Assembly (NCBI GenBank): GCA_963725145.1
Contig: CAVRXL010000003.1
Location: forward strand, 142,369 to 206,368
Source of the DNA: an uncultured Acidobacteriota bacterium
GTDB lineage: Bacteria > Acidobacteriota > Vicinamibacteria > Vicinamibacterales > 2-12-FULL-66-21
DNA: 64,000 bases
Direction: 5' to 3'
The translations under genes were made by a program, and so were the position numbers. This document shows positions 1 through 9,343 of the stretch, piece by piece. Every line of letters starts with the position of its first letter. Position 1 is the stretch's first letter. The notes under the pieces were generated by a model. That model made no database searches and was not told where the DNA came from. It was given only the letters and a program-made list of their open reading frames with translations.

Positions 1-53
1 GTCGTACAGCCCGTCCCACGATTCCTCGGTCAGCGATCGTCGGAGGGGGCCGG

Positions 54-3000
54 TCAATTCCACTCCCCCTGCAGCGAGAACGCGGCCCAGTAGAACGGCG
101 CCCGCCACTTCTCCTGCCGCCACATCGCGAGTTGCGCCTGCCGGAGCGCCGCGGCGGGCGATCGATTGTTCCTGAGCATCTCCTGATAGAAGTTGCCCAT
201 CAGCGCGCCGGTGGCATCATCCTCCACCTTCCACAGGCTGGCCACGACGCGGCTGGCGCCGGCGTACATGAACCCACGCACGATCCCGACGAGACCCTCT
301 CCTTTTACCGGCTTGCCGAGCGCCGTATTGCACGCGCTCAGCACCACCAGGTCGACCGGCAGGCGCAGATCGTAAATGTCGTGCAGCCGGAGGAATCCGT
401 CCTGGGGCTGACCGCGCTTGTCGAACATTGACAGGATCAGACCGGAGAGCGCTGGATCGTCGCCGTTGAAGACGCCGTGTGTCGCGAAGTGGACGATCCG
501 GTACTTCGCGAGGTCGGGACTCATCGCCGTGGCCCGGCTCGCGTCGAAGTCGATCGCGCGCAGAGCCGTCCCCACGGGGGCCGAGCCGACGATCGCGTCC
601 GCTTCCTGGCGCGTCGCCGCCAGCCGCGGGACGCTCAGCTTTCCGTCTCGCATGAAACCAAAATCGCGCAGGGCAAGCTCCAGCCCGGCGTCGTCCGCCG
701 GCACCGGCGGAGCCGCAGCAGCTTTCTCGACGTCGCTTGAACGACCGGCGGCGCTGAGCCTCGGATCGTCCGGCTCGAACACCGGGTCGGCGAGAACCGC
801 GACCCCCGCGCTCGGTTTCCGGTCGCGGCTTTCCCGGCGCAGAGCCGCGAGGGCAGACGCGGAAGGCAAGCTGATGATCTCGTGCTCGACCATCATGGGC
901 ACGAGCTCACCCTTCCGTCCAGGGATCGGCAGCGCGGCGAACGGCAGATATTGGAGCGCGCCGTCGGCGACCACGAGCAGTCGCTTGCCGGCCAACTTTT
1001 TTGTGACCGGCCCAAGGAGCATCTCGCTCAGGCGCGCGGCTTCCTGCCAGTACTCGGCGTCCGCCTGCTCGGACAGACGGCGTCGATCGCGCGCGTCGCC
1101 TGTCACGGTCAGCCGAGCCGTCAATCGCTCGTAGAGCCGCTGGGCCGTCCGTTCGATTTCGGCTCTCGGCGCAAGCTCGTAACTGAAGTGATCGGTGTTG
1201 GAAACGACCCAGAGATAACTTCGCTTGTCGCCAAGGGCGTATTCGAGCAGAAGGGTCTCCGGGTCGAGCACCTGCTTCTGGACGTCTTTGAGGCTGAGGG
1301 GCTCCGGCCGAGTCAGCGCGGCGTAGCGCGGGCTTCGGCTGCGGATCTCGGCCTGAACCTGGTTGTGCCTGTCCTCTAGATCTCGGTGCTCAGCGGCCAG
1401 CGCCTTGAGTTGCGAGGCGCGCGCAGGCGTGCCGAGCATCTGCCTCTGACGCTGCCCCCAATCGGCAAAGGCCTTTTGCGCATCCTGTTCGCGCTTCAGC
1501 AGATCCGGGTCTACTCCTTTCCGAAGGTCAACACGCGCCTCCGTCAGGCTGTCAAGCAGCGAACGTGCGCGCGCCCGCTCGCTGGCTTCGAACGCCGCGG
1601 CCGACAGTCGCCCCCCGGCGTGGATCCCGTGCAACTGCATCAGCACGTCCAGGTACAGCTCGTGGTACTGGTGGATGGACGCAAAGTAGGACGCACGGAG
1701 ATCGCGGTTCTCGACCTCGGTGCGCAGGGACTCCGCGACCTCCAGCGCAGATTCGATGTAGCGCCTCGCAGCGCTCAGGTCCCCCTTCGCTGCCGATGCG
1801 CGCGCGAGTCCGAAACAGGCCATCGCTTCTCCGACACGATCCCGGCCGGCCCGACTAAGGTCGAGGGCCTGGTGGAAGAACCTGATGGCGCGGTCGCGGT
1901 CTCCGCTGAGCTCGTGGGCTCTTCCCACGTCAGCGAGAGTTCCCGCCCGAAACAGCGGATCCTCGACCGACTGCTGGATTTCGAGGGAGCGTTCGAGATA
2001 TCGGAGCGCGCTCGCCGAGTCGCCTTGCGCCAAATGAGCGACTCCGATGTACCGAAGCGCCCAGGATTGCATGTGCTGATTGCCGGAGGCTTCGCTGAGG
2101 GCGCGGGCCTTCTCGAACCATCCCAACGCGACTGGAACGTCTCCACCAAGATAGGCGGTGCCAATCTTGATGTACATCTCCAACGCGGCCACCTGAAGGC
2201 CTGCCGACTGGAAGAGTCCGGATGCTTCCTGCCAGTAGCCAAGGGCGCGGCGGCCCTCACCCATCTGCTCATACACGTACCCGGTATTACTGAGGCATGC
2301 TGCCTCCCAGACGGCATCTCCCGCAGCCCGAAACCGGTCCCTCAAGCGGGTCAAACGATTGAGCGCCTCCTGATACTTTCCAGGGAAGTACTGCAGCCGC
2401 ACCAGAGCGAACTGAGTAATCGCCTGTCCCCGTCGGTCTCCAAGCTCCGTCCATAGCGACAGCGAAGCGTTCAGGTGCTGGCTGGCACGCTCCAGCTCAT
2501 TGAGATCGGCGTGCGCAGATCCGAGAAACAGCTGGGTCTCCGCACGGCCCCGGCGATCGCCGACGCTGTCCCACAACAGTTCCGCCTTGCGATACATGGC
2601 GAGTGCGGTCTTCGAGTCCCCCCGATAGTAGTCAACCTCGGCGAAACAAGTCAGAGCGAGCGCCGCTTCCCGATCGCCTCGCCCGCGCTCCGCGAGCTCG
2701 AGCGCTGTTCGACACTCCGGCAGGGCCGAATCGAAGTCGCCCAACCGCACGTGAGCGACGCCCACTTCGCTCCTCATCTCGCTCTCCAGCAGCCGGTCGG
2801 ATGCCTCGGTGCTGAGGGAGAGTGCCTCCAGGTAGCGTTGGCGCGATTCTCCCAGCATCCCCAACTGCTCGTAGGTCGCCCCGATTCGTTGACTCGCCCT
2901 GACGGCGTCCCTCGTGTTGCCCTGTCGCTTCCAGCCGGCCAGGGCATCCCGGTATTTTGCGATTGCCTGCTGACTGGCTTCCTTTTCGTACTCCAGACGA

Positions 3001-3110
3001 AGATGCTCCGCCTCCGCGAAAGATCTCTCCGGGTCCGGCCTGGAGCAGCACGCGGCGAACGCTGCCAGGACCAGAACGCTGACCGTGAAGCAGGTCTGAC
3101 GTTCCCCCAC
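54..3110 (-). CDS. TPR-repeat CHAT-domain (caspase-fold) protease, probable lipoprotein
   Basis: 1018-aa ORF. N-terminal hydrophobic signal ends in a lipobox-like FAAC. A long TPR-like array follows. The C-terminus has CHAT hallmarks: HFATHG (His) and VVLSACNT (Cys). Confidence 0.9.
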   Translation of the reverse strand: MGERQTCFTVSVLVLAAFAACCSRPDPERSFAEAEHLRLEYEKEASQQAIAKYRDALAGWKRQGNTRDAVRASQRIGATYEQLGMLGESRQRYLEALSLSTEASDRLLESEMRSEVGVAHVRLGDFDSALPECRTALELAERGRGDREAALALTCFAEVDYYRGDSKTALAMYRKAELLWDSVGDRRGRAETQLFLGSAHADLNELERASQHLNASLSLWTELGDRRGQAITQFALVRLQYFPGKYQEALNRLTRLRDRFRAAGDAVWEAACLSNTGYVYEQMGEGRRALGYWQEASGLFQSAGLQVAALEMYIKIGTAYLGGDVPVALGWFEKARALSEASGNQHMQSWALRYIGVAHLAQGDSASALRYLERSLEIQQSVEDPLFRAGTLADVGRAHELSGDRDRAIRFFHQALDLSRAGRDRVGEAMACFGLARASAAKGDLSAARRYIESALEVAESLRTEVENRDLRASYFASIHQYHELYLDVLMQLHGIHAGGRLSAAAFEASERARARSLLDSLTEARVDLRKGVDPDLLKREQDAQKAFADWGQRQRQMLGTPARASQLKALAAEHRDLEDRHNQVQAEIRSRSPRYAALTRPEPLSLKDVQKQVLDPETLLLEYALGDKRSYLWVVSNTDHFSYELAPRAEIERTAQRLYERLTARLTVTGDARDRRRLSEQADAEYWQEAARLSEMLLGPVTKKLAGKRLLVVADGALQYLPFAALPIPGRKGELVPMMVEHEIISLPSASALAALRRESRDRKPSAGVAVLADPVFEPDDPRLSAAGRSSDVEKAAAAPPVPADDAGLELALRDFGFMRDGKLSVPRLAATRQEADAIVGSAPVGTALRAIDFDASRATAMSPDLAKYRIVHFATHGVFNGDDPALSGLILSMFDKRGQPQDGFLRLHDIYDLRLPVDLVVLSACNTALGKPVKGEGLVGIVRGFMYAGASRVVASLWKVEDDATGALMGNFYQEMLRNNRSPAAALRQAQLAMWRQEKWRAPFYWAAFSLQGEWN

Positions 3111-3157
3111 GCGAATCTCCCTGTTGAGCCGCTGATCCAGAGCTCCGGTTACTTCGC

Positions 3158-4861
3158 CTACCGGCCGGCTCCTGGCGATGCGAGCTCCTTTGCTTCCCTG
3201 GGCGCTTCCGGAATCTGGCCTGTTCGTTCGTCGTCGGTCTTCGGAGGCCAGTATGCGATCCCGATGACCGGCGCCATGTTCTTCACGGATTTCTCTCGAT
3301 CCGCTGGGAAACGGCTGCCTACGCCCGTGAAGCGGGTCCCCACGCCTGTGAAGCGGCTCCCCACGCCGGTGAACCGGCTGCCGACGCCCGTAAAGCGCCC
3401 GATTTTCTCGGCAAACCCTCCTCCGGCAAACACTCCTTCCAGCCGATCCACCCTCGGAACGCCCCTCGCTTCGAGCCGTTCCTTCTGCCTGCGGATTCTT
3501 TGGGTGAGGTCCTGATGGAGCTGTGGTAGCTGCTCCTGGATGTCCTTCGGGATAAATCCCTGAATCAGATTCAACTGAACCGTCGCGAGAGCCTCTTCAG
3601 TTGGCAGGATCGAGTCCGTCTTGTCCGCGTCGTCGAATCTCGGCTTACGGCGGGTCGCGGCCACGTGCTGATTGAGGAATTCCGGCCAGCCAACCTGTGT
3701 CGAGCCTTTGTCTTTGAAGAACGCCAGGTTCTCGTAGTCCTTCGACACGAGAGCCCAGGGGAAGTAGATCGAAATGCCGTACGAATGTTGGTGGGCGAAA
3801 CCGGTGCAGCCGGATTTGATGATGGAGCCAGTCCCGGACGTTGTAAAAGGTTTCTCGGGATCATCAACCGCGTCAAGCGCCAATCTGTCCCCGTCGAGCA
3901 CCGTGATGACTTCGGCGCAGCCTTTGCGCACGCCGTCGTAGTTGGCGCCTGAGAATCTTTTGTAGGCCTGAATGCAGAAGTCGTGCAGATCGACGTACTG
4001 ATCGGCCTTGTACGTCTGGGCGTCCCAGTGAGCGAGCGTGACGAATTCGTGGGAGCCGGAGTTCGCCAGGCTGTTCCCGAGCGCATTGACCGCGCCGGCC
4101 AGTTCATCCATCTTGGACAGCCTGATGGCTGCGAGATCGGCAGAGCGCCCCGCGGTCCGATCGAAGTCCGAGTAGAACTTCGTGTACTCCTCGACGATCA
4201 AGCGCGCGAGCTCTTCAGGAAGGAGATGCCGCTTTGCCTCTCCGGCCCGGGCCAGAATCCGGCTGTACGGCCAACCGAACTCGGGCTCCAGACCTTCGGC
4301 GCCTACGAGGATATCGACGTAGTTTCGAACCTCATATGCGACTTCGAACATGCTCATGAAGCACGCGTCCATGCCGAGGATGTCGATTTTCTTCCCGGCT
4401 CTTTCCAAGGCAATCCTGAGTTCATCTATGGAGAGCGAGTCCGCGGAGTTCTCGTCCTTCAACAGGAAGTCTTCGGTGGTCCCGCTTCCATGGCCAGACA
4501 GGATGAGGAACTGCTTCTCAGGCTTCGGGTGTTCGGCATCGACCCATGGAAGCGCATTTGCCCAGTTGATGAAGCCGCTCAGAGCGTTGGGGTTGCCGGT
4601 GTTTGTCTCGCCGATGTCGCAGCACGGAACAAGGTAGTCGTGGAGACACTTCCCCGGCTTCAGTTCGGTAAAGTCGTATCTCTGGGTAGGCAAGCCCAGA
4701 CCGCTTGGATCGAGCTGCGCGACGATTCTGGTGCCTGGCATCGGCTCCGCGGCTTGGAGCGCCTGAAGCGCCATCACCATCTCCTCGGTGAGGTTGTTGT
4801 CGCCGGCGAGGTACAACATGACGAGCCACCCGGGGGTCTCGGAACTGGTGATTGAGGGCAT
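3158..4861 (-). CDS. Peptidase C11 (clostripain-like) family protein, cytosolic, with C-terminal heptad repeats
   Basis: Motifs LYLAGDNNL, LSGHGSG (His) and GMDACFM (Cys). No signal peptide. I chose the ATG at 4861, which is preceded by an AAGGAA SD; the ORF track extends to 4951. The C-terminal tail is (RFTGVGS)x5. Confidence 0.85.
   Translation of the reverse strand: MPSITSSETPGWLVMLYLAGDNNLTEEMVMALQALQAAEPMPGTRIVAQLDPSGLGLPTQRYDFTELKPGKCLHDYLVPCCDIGETNTGNPNALSGFINWANALPWVDAEHPKPEKQFLILSGHGSGTTEDFLLKDENSADSLSIDELRIALERAGKKIDILGMDACFMSMFEVAYEVRNYVDILVGAEGLEPEFGWPYSRILARAGEAKRHLLPEELARLIVEEYTKFYSDFDRTAGRSADLAAIRLSKMDELAGAVNALGNSLANSGSHEFVTLAHWDAQTYKADQYVDLHDFCIQAYKRFSGANYDGVRKGCAEVITVLDGDRLALDAVDDPEKPFTTSGTGSIIKSGCTGFAHQHSYGISIYFPWALVSKDYENLAFFKDKGSTQVGWPEFLNQHVAATRRKPRFDDADKTDSILPTEEALATVQLNLIQGFIPKDIQEQLPQLHQDLTQRIRRQKERLEARGVPRVDRLEGVFAGGGFAEKIGRFTGVGSRFTGVGSRFTGVGTRFTGVGSRFPADREKSVKNMAPVIGIAYWPPKTDDERTGQIPEAPREAKELASPGAGR
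3308..3412. repeat. Imperfect 21-nt tandem repeat (about 4.5-5 units) encoding RFTGVG(S/T)
   Basis: The units gaaacggctgcctacgcccgt, gaagcgggtccccacgcctgt, gaagcggctccccacgccggt and gaaccggctgccgacgcccgt are read directly. They lie inside the C11 CDS. Confidence 0.85.
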
Positions 4862-5177
4862 GGCTGATTCCTTTCGTCGCGCTGGCCGCGGCTCTTCGTG
4901 AGGTACTGGCGATTGCTGATGGTCCATTTCAGGTAGGGGTGCGGTGAACACCGAGAGCGAGACTCACACCATGCATCGGCGCGCTCCCCGGGGCGGTCCC
5001 CCGGATGACGCTGTGGACGACAAACCTAAGGCTGGTAAGGCGCTAGTCTAGTCCTCTCCCCCCTCTCCCGCAACGCCGTTTCCCTCGCCGTGGCGCCCCG
5101 GAAACGTTTCGCCCAGACCATCCATTTACCGATAGACGGGCTTGATCCGTCGACACCCTCCCGGGGAGAGCGGGCTT

Positions 5178-5927
5178 ATGCCAGCCAACACGCCGCTGCC
5201 GACGCCCTACACGTTGCCGTTCAGGCGTGGCTCGCCCGGCGCCGTGCACCGCTCGCTGATGCCGCCTCCGAAATACACCGGCGGCTTCGTCGACACCGCG
5301 GCCGCCATCCGCCCCCATAGGCTGATCGGCGGCGACTTCTACGACTTTCTGCACAACGACCAGGAGTTTCACGTGCTGTTTGGCGACGCGTGCGGCAAGG
5401 GCCTGCCGGCCGCGCTGACCGCCGCACTGGTCCAGGGCATCCTCGCGGGCGCGGTCAAGGCCAAGACGGGACCCGCCAGCGTGGTCGCGCACGTGAACCG
5501 CGCCTTATGCCGCCGCAGCGTGGCCCATCGCTTCCTGACAATGTTCTATGGCGTCATGACGCGCGATCACCGGCTCACCTACTGCAACGCCGGCCACTGC
5601 CGGCCGATGCTGGTCGATGGGTCCACGATCCGGCGCCTCGGCGCGGGCGGCGCACCCCCAGGGCTCTTCGACGACGCCGAGTACGAGGAGGAGTCCCTCT
5701 CAATCGCGAACGGAGACACCCTGGTCGTGTTCAGCGACGGTGTGTCGGAAGCGGAGAACCACGAGCAGGAGTTCGGTGACGCACGCATCCAGGAGATCGT
5801 CGCGAACTGCCGAACGGTCGGCGCCTCGGCGATCCGGGATCGGCTCGTGAACGCGGTCACCGACTTCACGCGCGGCAGCCGTCAGCGCGACGACATGGCC
5901 GTGCTCGTCGTGCGGTATCAGGTTTAG
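5178..5927 (+). CDS. PP2C/SpoIIE-family serine phosphatase (RsbU/RsbP-like, phosphatase domain only)
   Basis: Motifs IGGDFYDF, GDACGKGLPAA, SDGVSEA and DDMAVLVV. The ATG at 5178 follows a GGGGAGAG SD; the ORF track starts at 5142. Confidence 0.85.
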   Translation: MPANTPLPTPYTLPFRRGSPGAVHRSLMPPPKYTGGFVDTAAAIRPHRLIGGDFYDFLHNDQEFHVLFGDACGKGLPAALTAALVQGILAGAVKAKTGPASVVAHVNRALCRRSVAHRFLTMFYGVMTRDHRLTYCNAGHCRPMLVDGSTIRRLGAGGAPPGLFDDAEYEEESLSIANGDTLVVFSDGVSEAENHEQEFGDARIQEIVANCRTVGASAIRDRLVNAVTDFTRGSRQRDDMAVLVVRYQV

Positions 5928-5942
5928 GCAGGGAGAACCATC

Positions 5943-6329
5943 ATGAAAGTCGTCGAGCGCCTGGTTGAAGATGTCGCCGTGCTCGAGTTGACTGGCAAAC
6001 TCGACTGCGGCGCCGGCGAACGCCACGTTCAGGACGTCGTCGACGATCTCGCAAAGCGCGGCTGCGTGAGGATCGTGATCGACCTCAACGAGGTGTCCCA
6101 CGTCGACACGACGTGTCTGGGACTCCTCATCGCCGCGCACATCAGGTGCCAGCGAAGGCGCGGGGGCGTTCACCTCATTCGGACGCCGCCTCGCATTCGA
6201 CAGCTACTGTCGATCATCAGGCTCGATCATGTGCTGGTGACGTTCGACAGCGAGGAGGAAGCCGTCAGGGCCTTCGCGCACCTGAAAGTACGTGAATGGC
6301 GTGAGCCGCCCGGCCGGCACTCGGCCTAG
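5943..6329 (+). CDS. STAS-domain anti-sigma-factor antagonist (SpoIIAA/RsbV-like)
   Basis: 128 aa. DLNEVSHVDTTCLGLL matches the phosphorylatable loop of SpoIIAA-type proteins. A GGGAGAA SD precedes the ATG. Confidence 0.85.
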   Translation: MKVVERLVEDVAVLELTGKLDCGAGERHVQDVVDDLAKRGCVRIVIDLNEVSHVDTTCLGLLIAAHIRCQRRRGGVHLIRTPPRIRQLLSIIRLDHVLVTFDSEEEAVRAFAHLKVREWREPPGRHSA

Positions 6330-7342
6330 CCGCCAAAAAACGATGGAATGGGCAGGCTCCGCATCGTGTGCAGCCCGGGCGGCGCCGCCACGATCTTCGG
6401 AATGGAGTTGACGACGATTGACGCGGTGGCGACGTCGCCGTGCACGCCCCCGGCGATCTTCGTGTTCAACGCCGGCGATCCCTCGATCCGGACCGCGTCG
6501 AACGACTCCGGCGCGCCGAGGTAGGCCTCCATGTGCAGCGTGATCACCGCGCGGCCGTCGCGATATCCGACGCCGTCCTGGATGATCCCGCACACCAGTC
6601 CGGGCTGCACCGAGAGAAACTCGCTCTTGACCGTCTCTGATGCCATCTTCGGCTGAATGTCGTCGGTGATGCGATCGAGCTTCCAGCCGAGCGCGTCGGC
6701 GATCATCGAGATGGATTCGGTCAGCCCCACGTGCCGCACGCTGCCGTCGTCCACCTTCTTCTGAAACTGCTCGCGCGTGAGCCCGGCGCCGATCTTCTGC
6801 TGAAACGGGAGCCGCCGGACGCGCGCGTCCTGGATGCGATCGATGCGGATCGCATCGACTCGCTCGCAGACGCCAGTCAGCGTGATCGGCAGCGCATCCA
6901 TCACGAAGCCCGGGTTGACGCCGGTGCCGACGACCGCCGCCTTCGCCTTCCGCGCGAGCCGATCGAGCTGCCGGGCGAGCTTCACGTTTGCGCCGGCCGG
7001 GTACGCCAGCTCTTCCGTCGTCGAGACGATCGGAACTTTCGCCTTGAGGATGGTCTCCATCTGGGGCATCACGCGCTTGAGCGACGAGCTGGTGCACAGC
7101 ACGACGACGTCCGGCTTCGACCCTTTCAAGGCCTTCTTCGCGTCAGGGGACACCTTGATCTTCAGAGCGCGTCCCACGCCGGCGACCTCCCCGAGATCGC
7201 GGCCCGCTTTCGCGGGATCGATGTCCACGGCGCCGACGATGCGAAACCCCGGCCGCGAGGCGACCTGCCGGACGACGGCGGCGCCGATCGGGCCGAGACC
7301 GAAATGCAGAACCTTGATGGACGAAGACGACTTGCGCACCAT
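6326..7342 (-). CDS. NAD(P)-dependent DapB-like amine dehydrogenase family protein (2,4-diaminopentanoate dehydrogenase-like)
   Basis: N-terminal Rossmann motif VLHFGLGPIGAAV. The length of 338 aa and the overall pattern resemble the Ord/DapB-N family. Confidence 0.6.
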   Translation of the reverse strand: MVRKSSSSIKVLHFGLGPIGAAVVRQVASRPGFRIVGAVDIDPAKAGRDLGEVAGVGRALKIKVSPDAKKALKGSKPDVVVLCTSSSLKRVMPQMETILKAKVPIVSTTEELAYPAGANVKLARQLDRLARKAKAAVVGTGVNPGFVMDALPITLTGVCERVDAIRIDRIQDARVRRLPFQQKIGAGLTREQFQKKVDDGSVRHVGLTESISMIADALGWKLDRITDDIQPKMASETVKSEFLSVQPGLVCGIIQDGVGYRDGRAVITLHMEAYLGAPESFDAVRIEGSPALNTKIAGGVHGDVATASIVVNSIPKIVAAPPGLHTMRSLPIPSFFGG

Positions 7343-7377
7343 GCAGGAGGGCTCCTCGACTGATGAGAGAACACGCG

Positions 7378-7387
7378 ATTATATAAT
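7378..7387. promoter_or_regulatory. Palindromic A/T box ATTATATAAT in a divergent intergenic region (candidate bidirectional -10)
   Basis: Perfect 10-nt palindrome containing TATAAT on both strands, in a genome of about 70% GC. It lies between the gene starts at 7342 (-) and 7386/7404 (+). Confidence 0.4.
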
Positions 7388-9341
7388 GACCCGCTGCTTC
7401 TCAATGTTGGCGCGCCTCCCACTCACGCTCGCACTCGCTGTTGTTGTTGCTCTTGAGGGTCGTGCCACAGAGCCTCTCTCCCCTCGCAACGCGAGCTACA
7501 CGATAGACGCGCGTCTCGATCCCGTGGCCCGCGTCATCAGCGGGACCGGCGAGCTGCGGTGGCGGAACGACGCGCCCACACATGCCACGGAGTTGCGGTT
7601 CCATCTGTATTGGAACGCGTGGCGGGACGATCGTTCGACGTGGATACGCGGGCTGGCGCTCGAGGGAGACTACAGGCTTCACGGCCGGCCGGAGCGCGAC
7701 CGGGGCGCCATCGACATCGATTCGATAGCGGTGGACGGGTCGGATCTGACCCCACGCCTGCGATTCATCGCGCCAGACGACGGCAACCCGGACGATCGGA
7801 CGGTTGCGGCGCTGCCGCTGGACCGTGCGGTGGCGCCGGGCGAAACCGTCAGCATCACGCTGAAATGGCGATCGCGGGTGCCGCGCCCGTACTCGCGCAC
7901 CGGGGCGATCGGCGACTACTACTTCATCGCCCACTGGTTTCCAAAAATCGGCGTGCTCGAGCCACAGGGCTGGAACTGCCATCAGTTCCACAGCTCGACG
8001 GAGTTCTTCGCCGACTTCGGCGTGTACGACGTGAAGCTGACCGTGCCGACCGGCTGGATCCTCGGCGCCACGGGCCGGGAGACGGATCGCCAGGACAACG
8101 GCGATGGCTCGACGACCCATCATTATTATCAGGAGGACGTCCACGATTTTGCCTGGACGGCGAGCCCGGACTTCGTCGAGCGGCGCGCGCGGTTCGAGCA
8201 TCCCGGCCTCCCGGCCGTCGAGATGCGGTTGCTGCTTCAACCCGAGCATCTGAATCAGGAGGCGCGTCACTTCGAGGCGACGCGCGCGGCGCTCCGCCAC
8301 TACGGCGAGTGGTACGGGCCGTACCCGTACGGCCACGTCACAATCGTCGATCCGGCCTGGCAGAGCCAGAGCGGGGGCATGGAATATCCGACGTTTTTCA
8401 CTGGCGGCACGCGGTGGCTCGCGCCCGAGGGCACGACGGAGCCCGAAGACGTCGTCATCCACGAGGCGGGTCACCAGTTCTGGTACGGCATCGTCGCGAC
8501 CAACGAGTTCGAGCACGCCTGGATGGACGAGGGGTTGAACCAGTTTTCCGAGGCGCGTGTGCTGGACGCCGCGTTCCCGGGCCGGCACCCGGTCGAGCGG
8601 TTCTTCGGAGACTTCATCCCCTGGGTCTACCGTGACGTCCGGCGGTCGCGTGAAGCCGATCTGAACTTTCTTCACGCGTTTCGACGGCACGCCGAAGGAG
8701 ACGTCCAGGCTACGCCGACCTACCTGCAGTTTCCGTCCGAGGCGGCCTACATCACCTATTTCAAGACCGCACTCTGGATGAACACGCTCGAGCGACACCT
8801 GGGCTGGCCGACCCTGCGGCGAATCCTCACGGTTTACTTCACGCGGTGGGCGTTCAAGCATCCGAAGCCGGATGACTTCTTTGCGATCGCGAACGAGTTC
8901 GCCGGCCAGGACCTGCGCTGGTTCTTCGACGAGGTCCATCGCGGCTCGAACACGTTCGACTACGCGATCGAGGAGCTCAGGAGCATGTCGGCCGGCCGGC
9001 TTCGAGATGGATCGTACGACGCGCTGTTCGAGACGACCGTGGTCGTGAGACGGCACGGCGAGGCGGTGTTTCCGGTAGACGTGCGTGTCACGTTCGATGA
9101 CGGGACTCACGCGGGGGAGCGCTGGTACGGTCGGGAGCGGTGGAAGGTGCTCAGCTACACCCGACCGGCGCGCGCGGTCAGCGCGGAAGTGGATCCTGGC
9201 CGCGTGCTGCTGCTGGACGTCAACGTCACGAACAACAGCGTGACCCTCGAGCCGCGCGCGACCGAGGCGGCGAACAAATGGTCGCTCGTCTGGATGGCGT
9301 GGCTGCAGGATCTGATGCTGACCTGGGCGTTCTTCGTCTGA
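7386..9341 (+). CDS. M1-family zinc metallopeptidase (aminopeptidase N-like), secreted
   Basis: HEAGH followed 18 residues later by E (WMDEGLNQF) is the gluzincin signature. The signal-like N-terminus is MLARLPLTLALAVVVAL. The true start may be the second ATG at 7404. The ORF-track extension back to 6834 overlaps the upstream gene and is rejected. Confidence 0.85.
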   Translation: MTRCFSMLARLPLTLALAVVVALEGRATEPLSPRNASYTIDARLDPVARVISGTGELRWRNDAPTHATELRFHLYWNAWRDDRSTWIRGLALEGDYRLHGRPERDRGAIDIDSIAVDGSDLTPRLRFIAPDDGNPDDRTVAALPLDRAVAPGETVSITLKWRSRVPRPYSRTGAIGDYYFIAHWFPKIGVLEPQGWNCHQFHSSTEFFADFGVYDVKLTVPTGWILGATGRETDRQDNGDGSTTHHYYQEDVHDFAWTASPDFVERRARFEHPGLPAVEMRLLLQPEHLNQEARHFEATRAALRHYGEWYGPYPYGHVTIVDPAWQSQSGGMEYPTFFTGGTRWLAPEGTTEPEDVVIHEAGHQFWYGIVATNEFEHAWMDEGLNQFSEARVLDAAFPGRHPVERFFGDFIPWVYRDVRRSREADLNFLHAFRRHAEGDVQATPTYLQFPSEAAYITYFKTALWMNTLERHLGWPTLRRILTVYFTRWAFKHPKPDDFFAIANEFAGQDLRWFFDEVHRGSNTFDYAIEELRSMSAGRLRDGSYDALFETTVVVRRHGEAVFPVDVRVTFDDGTHAGERWYGRERWKVLSYTRPARAVSAEVDPGRVLLLDVNVTNNSVTLEPRATEAANKWSLVWMAWLQDLMLTWAFFV

Positions 9342-9343
9342 CG

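Noticed and set aside
54-3110. The TPR-CHAT protein as a Craspase-like (type III-E CRISPR-associated) protease.
   Set aside because: There is no CRISPR array or cas/gRAMP gene in the window. The protein has an N-terminal lipoprotein-type signal, which implies an extracytoplasmic location.
6834-7385. The 5' extension of the M1 peptidase ORF (835-aa version). Similar upstream extensions appear in the ORF track at 9140, 17373, 32265, 33259, 34194, 58000 and 61457.
   Set aside because: The extensions overlap well-supported genes on the other strand or translate repeats. Conserved N-termini or signal peptides begin at internal ATGs, which are often coupled to the preceding stop codon.
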